Shown here in pieces: positions 18,280-28,154 of a DNA stretch of 64,000 nucleotides (its first letter is position 1; every line of letters begins with the position of its first letter). Source of the DNA: Escherichia coli (GTDB lineage: Bacteria; Pseudomonadota; Gammaproteobacteria; Enterobacterales; Enterobacteriaceae); NCBI RefSeq assembly GCF_044324875.1, contig NZ_CP172185.1; one strand, given 5' to 3'. The notes under the pieces were generated by a model. The model did no database searches. It was not told where the DNA came from and worked only from the letters and a program-made list of their open reading frames with translations. The position numbers were made by a program, and so were the translations under genes.

Positions 18280-19062
18280 ATGCTGACACCGGCACAGGCT
18301 CATTTCCAGCGCGTGATGGCTTTACGGGCAGGAACGGCAGCAGAAAACGAGGATATCGTGGCCCGCACGGCTCATGAGCAGGTCCTTCACCGTCTGCGCC
18401 TGGCACAGCAACGCATAAAGGGCGTCCAGGCAAAAGCGGCAAAGGCCGCGCTCAAGCGTGAAATGCTGCCGGGTTTTGCAGGCTGGATAGACGGCACGCT
18501 GGAAGCCGACGGCGGACAGCAGGATGAGGTGATAGCCACACTCATGGTGTGGGCCGTGGACTGTGGCGACCTGGCGCTTGCACTGCGCATCGGGGATTAT
18601 GTGGTTCGCCACAACCTCACGATGCCTGACAACTTCGGGCGTACGGCAGCCACGGTACTGACCGAGGAAATCTGCAACCCTGTTCTGACACAGGCCGGAA
18701 CGGATGCACACGCCGATTTGTCCGGCTACATCGAACCGCTGGACACCCTCTGGCAAATTGTCGCGAACCGGGACATGCCCGATGAGGTCCGCGCCAAGCT
18801 GTGCAAGGCATGCGCCTTTGCCCGTCGTGGCCTGACCGATGCCGACAGCATGGCGGTGAGTCTGAAGCTGTTCCGTGAGGCAATGCACCTTAACCCGAAT
18901 GCGGGGGTAAAACGTGAGATTGCCACGCTTTCACGGGCCCTGAAAAAGGCCGGACAGGATGAAGCCGCTGCCGCACAGGAGCCTGCGGCACAGAAAGATA
19001 CAACCAGAGAACAGACCACGACGCCGAAGGCGAAAGCGAAAGCGAAGGCGAAACGTGGTTAA
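18280..19062 (+). CDS. M: Terminase small/endonuclease subunit gpM
   Basis: 260 aa, position after N. Confidence 0.8.
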   Translation: MLTPAQAHFQRVMALRAGTAAENEDIVARTAHEQVLHRLRLAQQRIKGVQAKAAKAALKREMLPGFAGWIDGTLEADGGQQDEVIATLMVWAVDCGDLALALRIGDYVVRHNLTMPDNFGRTAATVLTEEICNPVLTQAGTDAHADLSGYIEPLDTLWQIVANRDMPDEVRAKLCKACAFARRGLTDADSMAVSLKLFREAMHLNPNAGVKREIATLSRALKKAGQDEAAAAQEPAAQKDTTREQTTTPKAKAKAKAKRG

Positions 19063-19164
19063 CGGCTGACCCCGTCAGAAGGCGGCGTGCCGGGCGTTCC
19101 GGTTACGGTTTTCCGTTCCCCTTACACCCGGCACCCACCGCTTTTTTTTCTGAAGGAGCGATTT

Positions 19165-19659
19165 ATGAGCATGGTCGCAAGACCGGAAGCCGCCCCTGCG
19201 CGGGACGACATCACCGACACCGACGACGGCGACGCCACCATCACCGCCGGGGCATTCTGGCCGGAGATTGTGCTGCGGGAGCTGCGCCTTGCAGTACGCC
19301 TGCCGGGCCGCATCACCTCCACACGTCTGGCGCACGTTGCCACGGGAGCCGTGGCTCACGTCACGCGGGAGCTGGAAGAGTGGCAGAAGGCGCAGTCTGC
19401 CGCAGGGTTCAGCATCCTCGCAGAAGTGCCTGCCGCCACCATCAACGGTGAGAGCGTCAACGTATGGCATTACCGCAACGCCGTCTACAGCGCCACCCGC
19501 GCCCTGATTCTGGAACGCTGGCGGGATGTGGACACCACTGATAAAGGGGACCGCCGGGCTGACGCACTGGATGAGCAGATGGAAGACTTATGGCGCGATG
19601 TGCGCTGGTCCGTGGCAGATATTCTGGGTCGCCCCCGTCTTTTTGCGGAGCTGGTGTGA
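19165..19659 (+). CDS. L: Head completion protein gpL
   Basis: 164 aa from ATG 19165. C-terminal DLWRDVRWSVADILGRPR matches P2 L ELWRDMRWAVARIQGKPR. Confidence 0.8.
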   Translation: MSMVARPEAAPARDDITDTDDGDATITAGAFWPEIVLRELRLAVRLPGRITSTRLAHVATGAVAHVTRELEEWQKAQSAAGFSILAEVPAATINGESVNVWHYRNAVYSATRALILERWRDVDTTDKGDRRADALDEQMEDLWRDVRWSVADILGRPRLFAELV

Positions 19660-19856
19660 TGAAAGTGAGGGCACTCCAGGGGGATACCGTCGATTTACTC
19701 TGTTTCCGGCACTACGGCACCACGCAGGGGGTGACCGCACAGGTACTTGATGCCAATCCAGGGCTCTGCCGCCAGGTAATTCTGGAAGCGGGACAGGAGG
19801 TGGAGATGCCGGAGCCGGAAAGGAAACAGCAACGCGAAAAGGTAAAGCTATGGTGA
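19659..19856 (+). CDS. X: Tail protein gpX (LysM-like)
   Basis: 65 aa. MKVRALQGDTVDLLCFRHYG...VLDANPGL parallels P2 X. TGATG overlap with L. Confidence 0.8.
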   Translation: MKVRALQGDTVDLLCFRHYGTTQGVTAQVLDANPGLCRQVILEAGQEVEMPEPERKQQREKVKLW

Positions 19857-20140
19857 CGGGATTTTTTCAGCGCGTCAGTGACTGGATCACCTTCTGGGCG
19901 TCAGTGACGGCAACAACCATTGGTGTTATGACCATCAGCGAAAAAATTGCGCTGGCCGGGCTGCTTCTGGGGTCACTTTCCGCCATCCATGCCTGGTGCC
20001 ACCGCAGGCGTACGGAGCAGGCAATGAAGCGCCGCAATGACCTTATCGCCCGCATCCTGGCACGTTCAGAAAACCGCGAGCTTCACGACGGTGAGAGACG
20101 GGCACTGGACAGCGTGAGACAGGACGGAGAAGAGCGGTGA
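19850..20140 (+). CDS. Holin (gpY position)
   Basis: 96 aa with hydrophobic helices and a charged C-terminus, upstream of the lysozyme gene. Confidence 0.65.
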   Translation: MVTGFFQRVSDWITFWASVTATTIGVMTISEKIALAGLLLGSLSAIHAWCHRRRTEQAMKRRNDLIARILARSENRELHDGERRALDSVRQDGEER

Positions 20141-20682
20141 AACTGCCGGTAAAACGTTATGCGGTGGCGGCCATTGTGGCGCTGGGCGTCTCCATGGCAC
20201 CCGGTGAACTGAGAACCTCACGGGAAGCACAGATAAAAATCGCCACCCGGGAAGAGTGCCGGGCGACACCGTACCGTGATATTGCAGGAGTAATGACCGT
20301 GGGATGTGGTTCAACAGGGGGCGTGGAGAACCGGGTTTACGGAGAAAAGGAGGTGGCCCGCCGCTGGGTGAATGACCTGCGGCACGCGGAAAACTGTATC
20401 AACCAGAACTTCAGCGGTGCCGCCATGCCCCAGTCCGCCTTTGAGGCGATGACCGACGCGGCGTTCAACGTCGGCTGTACCGGCCTGATGTGGTACCGGG
20501 ACAGGAGCGGCAACCGGCAGCGCACCACCATCTGGAAGCACGCACAGGCGCACCGCTGGGTGGCGATGTGCGGGAGACTGACCGATTTTGTCAACAGTGG
20601 CGGACGCCGCTCACAGGGGCTGGTTAACCGCCGGGAGGAGTTCAGACAGTGGTGTCTTCGCGACACGGGAGGCAGCACATGA
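20137..20682 (+). CDS. K: Endolysin, GH24 lysozyme with SAR-like N-terminal anchor (gpK)
   Basis: 181 aa, GTG start. E-x8-D-x5-T catalytic spacing in REECRATPYRDIAGVMT. N-terminal AVAAIVALGVSMA. Confidence 0.8.
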   Translation: MKLPVKRYAVAAIVALGVSMAPGELRTSREAQIKIATREECRATPYRDIAGVMTVGCGSTGGVENRVYGEKEVARRWVNDLRHAENCINQNFSGAAMPQSAFEAMTDAAFNVGCTGLMWYRDRSGNRQRTTIWKHAQAHRWVAMCGRLTDFVNSGGRRSQGLVNRREEFRQWCLRDTGGST

Positions 20683-21086
20683 GACCGGTTTACGCCGTGA
20701 TTGTTGCCCTCATGGTGACCACCCTGACGGCGGCGGCCATGTGGCAGTCATACCGGCTGGGGCGTGCCGGTGAGGCACGTGACGCCGCAGAGCAGCAGCT
20801 GGGCGAATACAGCCGGGCGCTGCGTGAGTCCTCCGCCGTTATCAGCGATGCCTCCGCCGTACTGCATGAGGTGATGACGCAGCGACAGAAAAGGGCACAG
20901 GAAGGAGAAGTCAGACGTGAACAGCTTCGCGAAATTGCTGCGACGGATGAGTGCGCCGGCACTCTTCCTGACCACCGTTTTACTGACCGGCTGCGCGAAC
21001 ACACGGAACGCGCCACTGCCCGCGCCCTCCTTCCGGTTCATTCCGGCGGGACTGACGACGGGAACACGGCCCCCGCCCTTCCCTGA
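20679..21086 (+). CDS. i-spanin (LysB/Rz-like)
   Basis: 135 aa from ATG 20679 (GGAGG RBS), N-terminal TM VYAVIVALMVTTLTAAAMW, coiled-coil periplasmic part. Confidence 0.7.
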   Translation: MRPVYAVIVALMVTTLTAAAMWQSYRLGRAGEARDAAEQQLGEYSRALRESSAVISDASAVLHEVMTQRQKRAQEGEVRREQLREIAATDECAGTLPDHRFTDRLREHTERATARALLPVHSGGTDDGNTAPALP

Positions 21087-21231
21087 ACACCCCACATGGG
21101 GAAATATCGGGATATGGAGCGACAGCCTCCTGGATGCACTGGAAACCTGCAACGCAGACAAACAGGCCATTGAGGCGCTGGAGCGCCGGAGACTCAACCG
21201 ACAGAACGGAGGGGGACATGCTGAAAAGTAA
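20917..21231 (+). CDS. o-spanin (LysC/Rz1-like lipoprotein), overlapping the i-spanin in another frame
   Basis: Lipobox LLTGC, Pro-rich mature part; start GTG 20917 or ATG 20947. Confidence 0.65.
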   Translation: MNSFAKLLRRMSAPALFLTTVLLTGCANTRNAPLPAPSFRFIPAGLTTGTRPPPFPEHPTWGNIGIWSDSLLDALETCNADKQAIEALERRRLNRQNGGGHAEK

Positions 21232-21682
21232 ATCCCTGAGCACACACATGAGTACAGCGTGCCGGTGGTGCAGGGCCAACCCGGAAAAGTTCACCGTGTT
21301 CATTGAACGTGGCGGGATAGAGACCACCGGCGAGACGCCGACGTTCGTGTACAACTACCGGCTGGTGATGTTCGTGATGGACTACACGGGCGATCTGGAC
21401 AACCTGACGCTTCCACTGATTGTCTGGCTGGCAGAGAACCAGCCGCAGTTGCTGCTTAATCCTGAGCGCAACAACGATATTCAGTTCACGGCGGCCATTA
21501 ACGACGACGACAGCGCGGACGTGCTGTTTGAGCTGCCGTTACGTGAACGCGTGCGCGTCACCCGCAGGGATGACGGCACCCTCATGACAGAACATCTACC
21601 GGAGCCGAAATCACGCATCCCGCAGGACGGCGACTGGTCACACATTCTGGAGGATGTGACGTGGAACATTGTCACCGGATAA
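21218..21682 (+). CDS. R: Tail completion protein gpR
   Basis: 154 aa from ATG 21218 (GGAGGGGG RBS); P2 R size and position. Confidence 0.7.
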   Translation: MLKSKSLSTHMSTACRWCRANPEKFTVFIERGGIETTGETPTFVYNYRLVMFVMDYTGDLDNLTLPLIVWLAENQPQLLLNPERNNDIQFTAAINDDDSADVLFELPLRERVRVTRRDDGTLMTEHLPEPKSRIPQDGDWSHILEDVTWNIVTG

Positions 21683-21697
21683 CACGCGGAGAATGTT

Positions 21698-22354
21698 ATG
21701 GGGAAACTGAGATACCGTAACCTCGTTCCCGCTGAAGGAATGAGTAACATGTTTGTCAATATCCGGCTGGCAACCAGCCCGCAGGCAGTGAAGCGCATTG
21801 CCGCGCATGTGGGTAAGGAGCTGCGGCGCGTGAACCAGAGCCGGATGCGCGCCCAGAAAGCGCCGGACGGTTCGGTGTGGACACGCCGTAAACGCCGTAT
21901 ATCACGCCTTCAGGAGCGCATCAGCTTTATCTGGCAAAACCAGAACCGCACCCTGAAAAACTGGCATCACGGTTCAGGAAAATACGGCCAGACCATCACC
22001 GGCTGGGATGAAGACCGGAGCGGCATACGTACCTTTTACCGGAGTGATATCCTCCGTTTCCTTGAAATCAGGACACGCCGCATCAACCGTGACACCACAA
22101 AAACGGTGCCGATGTTTGCGAAGCTGCGCACGGCCCGTTATCTGAAAGTGAAGGCGGACGCATCAGGCGTGACGGTGGGCTACAGCGGCGTGGCGGCACG
22201 CATTGCCCGCGTTCACCAGTTCGGGGAGCGCGACCGGGTGGCCGCAGGGATGTATACGGATTATCCGGCCCGTGAACTTCTTGGAATAACACCGGCAGAT
22301 GAACGACTTATTCAGCGTATCATTATGGACAATATCGCGAGGGCTGTGGCATGA
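21698..22354 (+). CDS. S: Tail completion / virion morphogenesis protein gpS (longer than P2 S)
   Basis: 218 aa, position between R and V. Confidence 0.65.
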   Translation: MGKLRYRNLVPAEGMSNMFVNIRLATSPQAVKRIAAHVGKELRRVNQSRMRAQKAPDGSVWTRRKRRISRLQERISFIWQNQNRTLKNWHHGSGKYGQTITGWDEDRSGIRTFYRSDILRFLEIRTRRINRDTTKTVPMFAKLRTARYLKVKADASGVTVGYSGVAARIARVHQFGERDRVAAGMYTDYPARELLGITPADERLIQRIIMDNIARAVA

Positions 22355-22932
22355 ACGCGGAATTAATGCGCCTTATCAGCAACATCATCAGAACCGGCGT
22401 GATTTTCGACGTGAACCCGCAGACCTGGGAGGTCCGGGTGCGCAGTGGCGGACTGGAGACAGGCTGGCTTCGCTGGAGCACCGCGCGGGCGGGCGCGTTC
22501 AGTGTCTGGGTGCCGCCAGCCACCGGTGAACAGGTGGCGTTCGTCTGTATCGGTGGTAATCCCGAAACCGCGATAATCATCGGCAGCCTCTGGAGCGATG
22601 ATATCCCGGCACCGGGCAGCACACTGAAGGAAATCATCATGACAGCACCGGACGGTGCGGTATTCCGCTACGATGCAGACGCCGGTGCACTGGAGGTTAA
22701 GGGGATTAAAACAGCCAGCATTCAGGCCGACACGCGCATCACCCTGGACACGCCGGAGGTGGTGTGTACCCGCAAACTTATCACCGCCACCCTGGAGGTG
22801 CAGAACGGCGGCGAGATGCGCGGCAGCATATCCCACAGCGGCGGCAGCCTGACATCCAACGGTATCACCGTTCATACGCACACCCACGGTGGCGTCAGGA
22901 CGGGCCCGGGCACCACGGGAGGCCCGCAATGA
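22351..22932 (+). CDS. V: Baseplate spike/assembly protein gpV
   Basis: 193 aa, ATGA coupling, position as P2 V. Confidence 0.8.
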   Translation: MNAELMRLISNIIRTGVIFDVNPQTWEVRVRSGGLETGWLRWSTARAGAFSVWVPPATGEQVAFVCIGGNPETAIIIGSLWSDDIPAPGSTLKEIIMTAPDGAVFRYDADAGALEVKGIKTASIQADTRITLDTPEVVCTRKLITATLEVQNGGEMRGSISHSGGSLTSNGITVHTHTHGGVRTGPGTTGGPQ

Positions 22933-23279
22933 CCGCTGTTTACAGGGGGATGAACCCGCAGGGAACCGGCACGCTGAGCGACAGCGAACACCTGAAAAAC
23001 AGCGTGCGGGATATCCTGACCACACCGCCAGGCAGCCGGGTGATGCGCCGCGAATACGGCAGCCTGTTACCGGACCTCATCGACGAGCCCATGAACGACA
23101 CCACGCGTTTACAGTGCATGAGCGCCACGGTGACTGCGCTGGCGCGCCATGAACCCCGTATAGCACTGCAGAACGTCGATGTGAACTGGCGGGCTGGCGG
23201 ACGCGCCGTGGTGACGTTATCCGGCATCATCACCGAAACCATGCAGAACATCACATTCAGTATCACCCTGAGGGAGTAA
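22929..23279 (+). CDS. W: Baseplate wedge protein gpW (gp25-like)
   Basis: 116 aa from ATG 22929 overlapping the V stop. Confidence 0.8.
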   Translation: MTAVYRGMNPQGTGTLSDSEHLKNSVRDILTTPPGSRVMRREYGSLLPDLIDEPMNDTTRLQCMSATVTALARHEPRIALQNVDVNWRAGGRAVVTLSGIITETMQNITFSITLRE

Positions 23280-23282
23280 ATC

Positions 23283-24179
23283 ATGCCTTCCGTTGACCTG
23301 TCACAGTTACCGGAACCGGCCATCATCGCGCAGCCGGATTTTGAGTCCATCCTGGCAGACATTAAAACCATGATGGTGAGCTCCTTCCCGGAAGAATACC
23401 GCGCCGCCGTCACCCGTGCCCTTACTCTGGAATCCGAGCCATTGAACATCATTTCCCAGGCCATGGCCTTTCGTGAAATGCTGCTTCGCCAGCGCATCAA
23501 TGAAGCCGCCCGCGCCTGCATGCTCAGCCACAGCCGGGGCAGTGACCTGGACAATCTGGCCGCCAACAACAACACCCGCCGCCTGGTCATTCATCCGGCC
23601 ACTGATACCACGGAAGCAGTGATGGAAAGCGACACATCGCTGCGTCTGCGTGCCCAGTCAGCCTGGGACGGCCTGAGTGTGGCCGGACCGTCCGGCGCGT
23701 ATGAGTATTTTGCCCGGAGCGCAAGCGGTCTTGTCCGTGATGCGCGCGCCATCAGCCCGTCACCGGCCACAGTCACCGTCTCCATCCTGTCAGCAGACGG
23801 TGACGGCACCGCCGGTGAGGCGTTACTGAACACGGTGCGCACCGCCCTGAATGCCGAGAACGTGCGCCCGGTTGCCGACCGCCTGACTGTGCAGAGTGCT
23901 ACCATCGTGAACTGGGTAATGGAAGCGAAGCTGTATTTTTATCCAGGGCCGGAGTCTGAACCCATGCTTGCGGCCGCTGACGCCGCTTTCCGTGCATGGC
24001 TGGCAGACCAGGGCCGTATCGGTCAGGACGTGGCCCTGTCAGCCATCACTGCAGCGCTGCATGTTCACGGTGTCCAGCGCGTTGAGGTCATAAAACCCAC
24101 GCAGAACATCACCATCAGTGACACTCAGGCAGCCAGATGTACCACATTCAGCATCAGCGAAGGAGGACGCAATGAGTGA
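23283..24179 (+). CDS. J: Baseplate wedge protein gpJ
   Basis: 298 aa. Confidence 0.8.
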   Translation: MPSVDLSQLPEPAIIAQPDFESILADIKTMMVSSFPEEYRAAVTRALTLESEPLNIISQAMAFREMLLRQRINEAARACMLSHSRGSDLDNLAANNNTRRLVIHPATDTTEAVMESDTSLRLRAQSAWDGLSVAGPSGAYEYFARSASGLVRDARAISPSPATVTVSILSADGDGTAGEALLNTVRTALNAENVRPVADRLTVQSATIVNWVMEAKLYFYPGPESEPMLAAADAAFRAWLADQGRIGQDVALSAITAALHVHGVQRVEVIKPTQNITISDTQAARCTTFSISEGGRNE

Positions 24180-24735
24180 CAGGAAAAAAACAGACAGCGC
24201 ACAGCACAGTACATCACTGCTTCCACCGTCCGCAGGGCCATTCATGCGCGCCACAGAGGCGACAGGAGTACGCATCAGTGCCATACCGGTGGACGCCGAC
24301 ACCCTGTGGTCGCCGGACCGCTGCCCTGCTCACCTCCTGCCCTACCTTGCATGGGCATGTTCCGTTGACAGCTGGGACCGCAACTGGCCGGAAGAGACCA
24401 GGCGACAGGTGATTCGGGACGCATGGATGATACATCGCCACAAAGGGACCATCAGTGCACTCCGCCGCATCGTTGAACCACTGGGCTACCTCATCCGTGT
24501 ATCAGAATGGTGGGAGTTTGACGGCTCGCCCGGGACCTTCACCATTGAGATTGGCACACTTGAAACCGGAGTAAGTGAAGAGCTGCATGAAGAAATGGAG
24601 CGTCTGATTGCCGATGCGCGCCCCGTCAGCCGCCACCTCGTGGGGCTTAGTATCATCCAGGAAATACACGGTGCCATTTACGCCGCTGCCGCAGGTTACG
24701 ACGGCGACATCATCACCATTTACCCGGAAGACTGA
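24172..24735 (+). CDS. I: Baseplate/tail-fibre attachment protein gpI
   Basis: 187 aa from ATG 24172 (GGAGGA RBS). Confidence 0.8.
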   Translation: MSDRKKTDSAQHSTSLLPPSAGPFMRATEATGVRISAIPVDADTLWSPDRCPAHLLPYLAWACSVDSWDRNWPEETRRQVIRDAWMIHRHKGTISALRRIVEPLGYLIRVSEWWEFDGSPGTFTIEIGTLETGVSEELHEEMERLIADARPVSRHLVGLSIIQEIHGAIYAAAAGYDGDIITIYPED

Positions 24736-24738
24736 ACC

Positions 24739-26973
24739 ATGAGCACGAGAAAATTCAGAACCCTTATCACCGACATCGGGCTGGCAAAGCTGGCCGCAAC
24801 AACGGCGCCTGGCGGTAGACCTGTACGCCTTACGCACATGGCTGTAGGGGACGGCAATGGAGAGCTTCGTCAGCCGCAGAAAAACCAGACATCGCTTTAC
24901 AATGAGGTTTGGCGCCAGTCTGTCAACCGCGTCTTCACCGACCCGGAGAACCCGAACCGCCTCATCGCCGAACTGGTCATTCCTCCTGAAACCGGCGGAT
25001 TCTGGGTGCGTGAAATTGGTGTGTTTGATGATACAGGTACAATGATTGCAGTAGGAAATACCGCTGAAAGTTACAAGCCCACCAGAGAGGAAGGTTCAGG
25101 GCGGGCGCAGATATTCCGTGCAGTAATCACCGTCACCTCCGACGCCGTGGTGGAACTGGTCATGGACACAACAACAATTCTGCCGACCACGGACTACATT
25201 GATGAGAAAATGGCGGAACACGCACGTTCCCGTAACCACCCTGACGCGACACTGACAGAAAAAGGATTCACCCAACTGAGCAGCGCCACAAACAGCACCT
25301 CTGAAACACTGGCCGCCACACCGAAGGCCGTCAAGGCTGCATATGACCTTGCAGCCGGTAAAGCACCCGCCAGCCACACCCACCCGTGGAATCAGATAAC
25401 TGGTGTGCCATCAGCCTCGCTGACGGCAAAAGGCACCGTACAGCTGAGCAGTGCCACAAACAGTGAGTCAGAGACTGAGGCGGCCACCCCCAAAGCGGTT
25501 AAAGCCTTACACGATATGGTGACGAGCAAGTATACAGGACAGGATGCAACCACCGGACGCAAAGGCATCGTACAGCTGAGCAGCGCCACAAACAGCAATT
25601 CCGAAACACTGGCGGCCACACCGAAGGCAGTAAGTGATGCACTGAGCATGGCGTTCGTGAAGCCAACAACATCCCTGGGGGAAACAGACCTGAACACTCT
25701 GGGGCGTAAGGAAGACGCGGGAGATTATTACCAGCAGAGTGACTCAGGTGCGAGAACAGACAGAAACTATCCTGTAGAGAAGGCAGGAGAGTTACGCATC
25801 CGTGTTGGTGCATGGGGATTCTGCCAGCATGAATACACGAGCTGGGATCCGCCACGAAAATTTATCAGGACAGTTACCGGAAACTTTAACGGTAACGGCC
25901 CATGGTCAGAGTGGGTGGAGGTGACAAACACAGATGCAACAACTGGACGCAAAGGCATCGTACAGCTGAGCAGCGATACAAACAGCAATTCCGAAACGCT
26001 GGCGGCCACACCAAGAGCCGTCAAGGCTGCATATGACCTTGCAGCCGGTAAAGCACCCGCCAGCCACACCCACCCGTGGAATCAGATAACAGGTGTGCCA
26101 TCAGCCTCGCTGACGGCAAAAGGCACCGTACAGCTGAGCAGTGCCACAAACAGTGAGTCAGAGACTGAGGCCGCCACCCCCAAAGCGGTTAAAGCCTTAC
26201 ACGATATGCTGACGAGCAAGTATACAGGACAGGATGCAACCACCGGACGCAAAGGCATCGTACAGCTAAGCAGCGCCACAAACAGCAATTCCGAAACGCT
26301 GGCGGCCACACCAAAAGCTGTTAAAGCTGCGTATGACCTTGCCAACAGCAAAGCCTCGGCAGCCCACACTCATCGCTGGGCTCAGATCACAGACGCCCCT
26401 GTTTTTTCGTCTGTTGCCCGCGTCATCATGGGTAAACAAAGCATAAAAGATATTCTTGATTACTTTGGTTTAGGAGAAGGCTCGACGCTGCCAGTTGGCG
26501 TACCCGTTCCGTGGCCTTCGTCAAGACCACCTGAGGGGTGGTTACAGTGCAACGGTGCCGCATTCACGCGTACAAAATACCCAAAACTGGCGGTGGCCTA
26601 CCCTGACCTCAGGCTACCAGATTTGCGCGGGGAATTTATTCGTGGATGGGATGACCTGCGAATGATTGACAGGGGACGCTTATTGTTATCCACACAGGAA
26701 GCAACATATATTTGTACCGCCATACAGGCGTACCACGGCGTAGCGGGAGGTGCAGATATTCAGGCAGGGATTTCATTTGCATCACATGATAACGACATCA
26801 TAAACATAACCCCTGATCAACCCAGAACCGGTAACGGCATCCTGTACGGCACAAAACCAGTTGACAGATGGGCAATAGCCAGAGCCGGTAAGCTGGTGAG
26901 TAATGAAAAAGACAGATGGATAGCGATCAGACCGCGCAATATCGCTTTTAATTATATTGTGAGGGCAGTTTAA
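24739..26973 (+). CDS. H: Tail fibre protein gpH with seven tail-fibre repeat motifs
   Basis: 744 aa. N-terminus MSTRKFRTLITDIGLAKLAATTAPGG parallels P2 H. Motif SSATNSxSETxAATPKAVKA occurs 7 times. Confidence 0.85.
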   Translation: MSTRKFRTLITDIGLAKLAATTAPGGRPVRLTHMAVGDGNGELRQPQKNQTSLYNEVWRQSVNRVFTDPENPNRLIAELVIPPETGGFWVREIGVFDDTGTMIAVGNTAESYKPTREEGSGRAQIFRAVITVTSDAVVELVMDTTTILPTTDYIDEKMAEHARSRNHPDATLTEKGFTQLSSATNSTSETLAATPKAVKAAYDLAAGKAPASHTHPWNQITGVPSASLTAKGTVQLSSATNSESETEAATPKAVKALHDMVTSKYTGQDATTGRKGIVQLSSATNSNSETLAATPKAVSDALSMAFVKPTTSLGETDLNTLGRKEDAGDYYQQSDSGARTDRNYPVEKAGELRIRVGAWGFCQHEYTSWDPPRKFIRTVTGNFNGNGPWSEWVEVTNTDATTGRKGIVQLSSDTNSNSETLAATPRAVKAAYDLAAGKAPASHTHPWNQITGVPSASLTAKGTVQLSSATNSESETEAATPKAVKALHDMLTSKYTGQDATTGRKGIVQLSSATNSNSETLAATPKAVKAAYDLANSKASAAHTHRWAQITDAPVFSSVARVIMGKQSIKDILDYFGLGEGSTLPVGVPVPWPSSRPPEGWLQCNGAAFTRTKYPKLAVAYPDLRLPDLRGEFIRGWDDLRMIDRGRLLLSTQEATYICTAIQAYHGVAGGADIQAGISFASHDNDIINITPDQPRTGNGILYGTKPVDRWAIARAGKLVSNEKDRWIAIRPRNIAFNYIVRAV
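25328..25622 (+). repeat. Intragenic direct repeat copy 1 (295 bp, about 98 percent identical to copy 2)
   Basis: Same sequence recurs 690 bp downstream with about 5 substitutions. Confidence 0.85.
26018..26312 (+). repeat. Intragenic direct repeat copy 2
   Basis: See copy 1. Confidence 0.85.
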
Positions 26974-27584
26974 TGAGTAACACTGCAGTTCTGGATGAAA
27001 ACGGTATCGCCACTTTCGCAGGCGATATCACTGTATATCACTATGATGAGGAAACCCGGGAATACACCTCATCCTCTGTGGAGTATCTCGCCCTGGGGGT
27101 GGGTACCCCGGCACATTCATGCGCCGATGCCCCGCCAGAGGCAATGCCGGGTTACGTGATTTGCCGGACGTCCACGCTGGACGGGTGGGAGTATGTCCCC
27201 GATCATCGTGGAGAGACGGTATACAGCACAGAGAACGGTAATCCGGTCCAGATTACCCAACCAGGTGACTACCCGGAAGGGACAACGACAAAACAGCCTG
27301 CCACACCATGGGATACCTGGAACGGTGAGGCGTGGGTAACCGATACAGAACGGCAGCAAGCCGAAGAGCTGGAGGTTGCCAGACAGCAACGCAAGGAACG
27401 GGTGGATCAGGCGATGAAGTCCATCGACCTCATCAACCTTAAGTTGCGGGCAGGTCGCAGTCTGACACCAGAAGAAACGGCAAAACTGAATGCCGTGCTG
27501 GATTATATCGACGAGCTGAACGCACTGGATATCAGCACGGAGCCTGAAATAAGCTGGCCGGAAACACCACCAGAAATGGAATGA
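26973..27584 (+). CDS. G: Tail fibre assembly chaperone gpG
   Basis: 203 aa; the C-terminal ...EISWPETPPEME resembles the P2 G end. Confidence 0.75.
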   Translation: MSNTAVLDENGIATFAGDITVYHYDEETREYTSSSVEYLALGVGTPAHSCADAPPEAMPGYVICRTSTLDGWEYVPDHRGETVYSTENGNPVQITQPGDYPEGTTTKQPATPWDTWNGEAWVTDTERQQAEELEVARQQRKERVDQAMKSIDLINLKLRAGRSLTPEETAKLNAVLDYIDELNALDISTEPEISWPETPPEME

Positions 27585-27654
27585 GCGGGGAAAAGGAACG
27601 GGCATTCATAAATAATTCATCATGCAGGTGCCGCAAGAATGCGGCACATTACCT

Positions 27655-28143
27655 TCACATCAGATCATTTACGCCGCTTACTGTGGTATTCCAGACCGAA
27701 CTTAACTTCCCTTTCATTCCCGAAAGCATATCAGACACCGGCGACGAGGCCATACTCTCCCGCAAATCCTCATCACAGCGTTCCAGACTGACAGTGAACT
27801 CAATTTTTTTGGCCTTACCGTGGCGGTCAAGTTCGCTTCGCGTTGTGCGGACAGCCGTTATCACATACATGCCGTATATCTGCCCCACACCGTCAATCAG
27901 CGGCCATGGGCGACCAGTGTAAGCCTGCGTCGTTAAAAGGCTGAGGGAAACCTCACCGCCGGTAATTTCGGGATAAAGCACACCGGACAACGTGATCTGG
28001 TCGTCACCCGCCCCGATATACTGCCAGCTGGCCGAACGATTGATGCGTTCATTTTTAACGTGGCGCCAGGTTTTATTATGTTGCAGTTGTTGATGAGGCA
28101 GCGTACGCAACTCAAAAACAAACATGCCGTAAATCATCATCAT
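27655..28143 (-). CDS. U: Tail protein gpU
   Basis: 162 aa. MMMIYGMFVFELRTLPHQQLQHNKTWRH... and TLSGVLYPEITGG parallel P2 U. Confidence 0.8.
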   Translation of the reverse strand: MMMIYGMFVFELRTLPHQQLQHNKTWRHVKNERINRSASWQYIGAGDDQITLSGVLYPEITGGEVSLSLLTTQAYTGRPWPLIDGVGQIYGMYVITAVRTTRSELDRHGKAKKIEFTVSLERCDEDLRESMASSPVSDMLSGMKGKLSSVWNTTVSGVNDLM

Positions 28144-28154
28144 GCGAGGTACTC

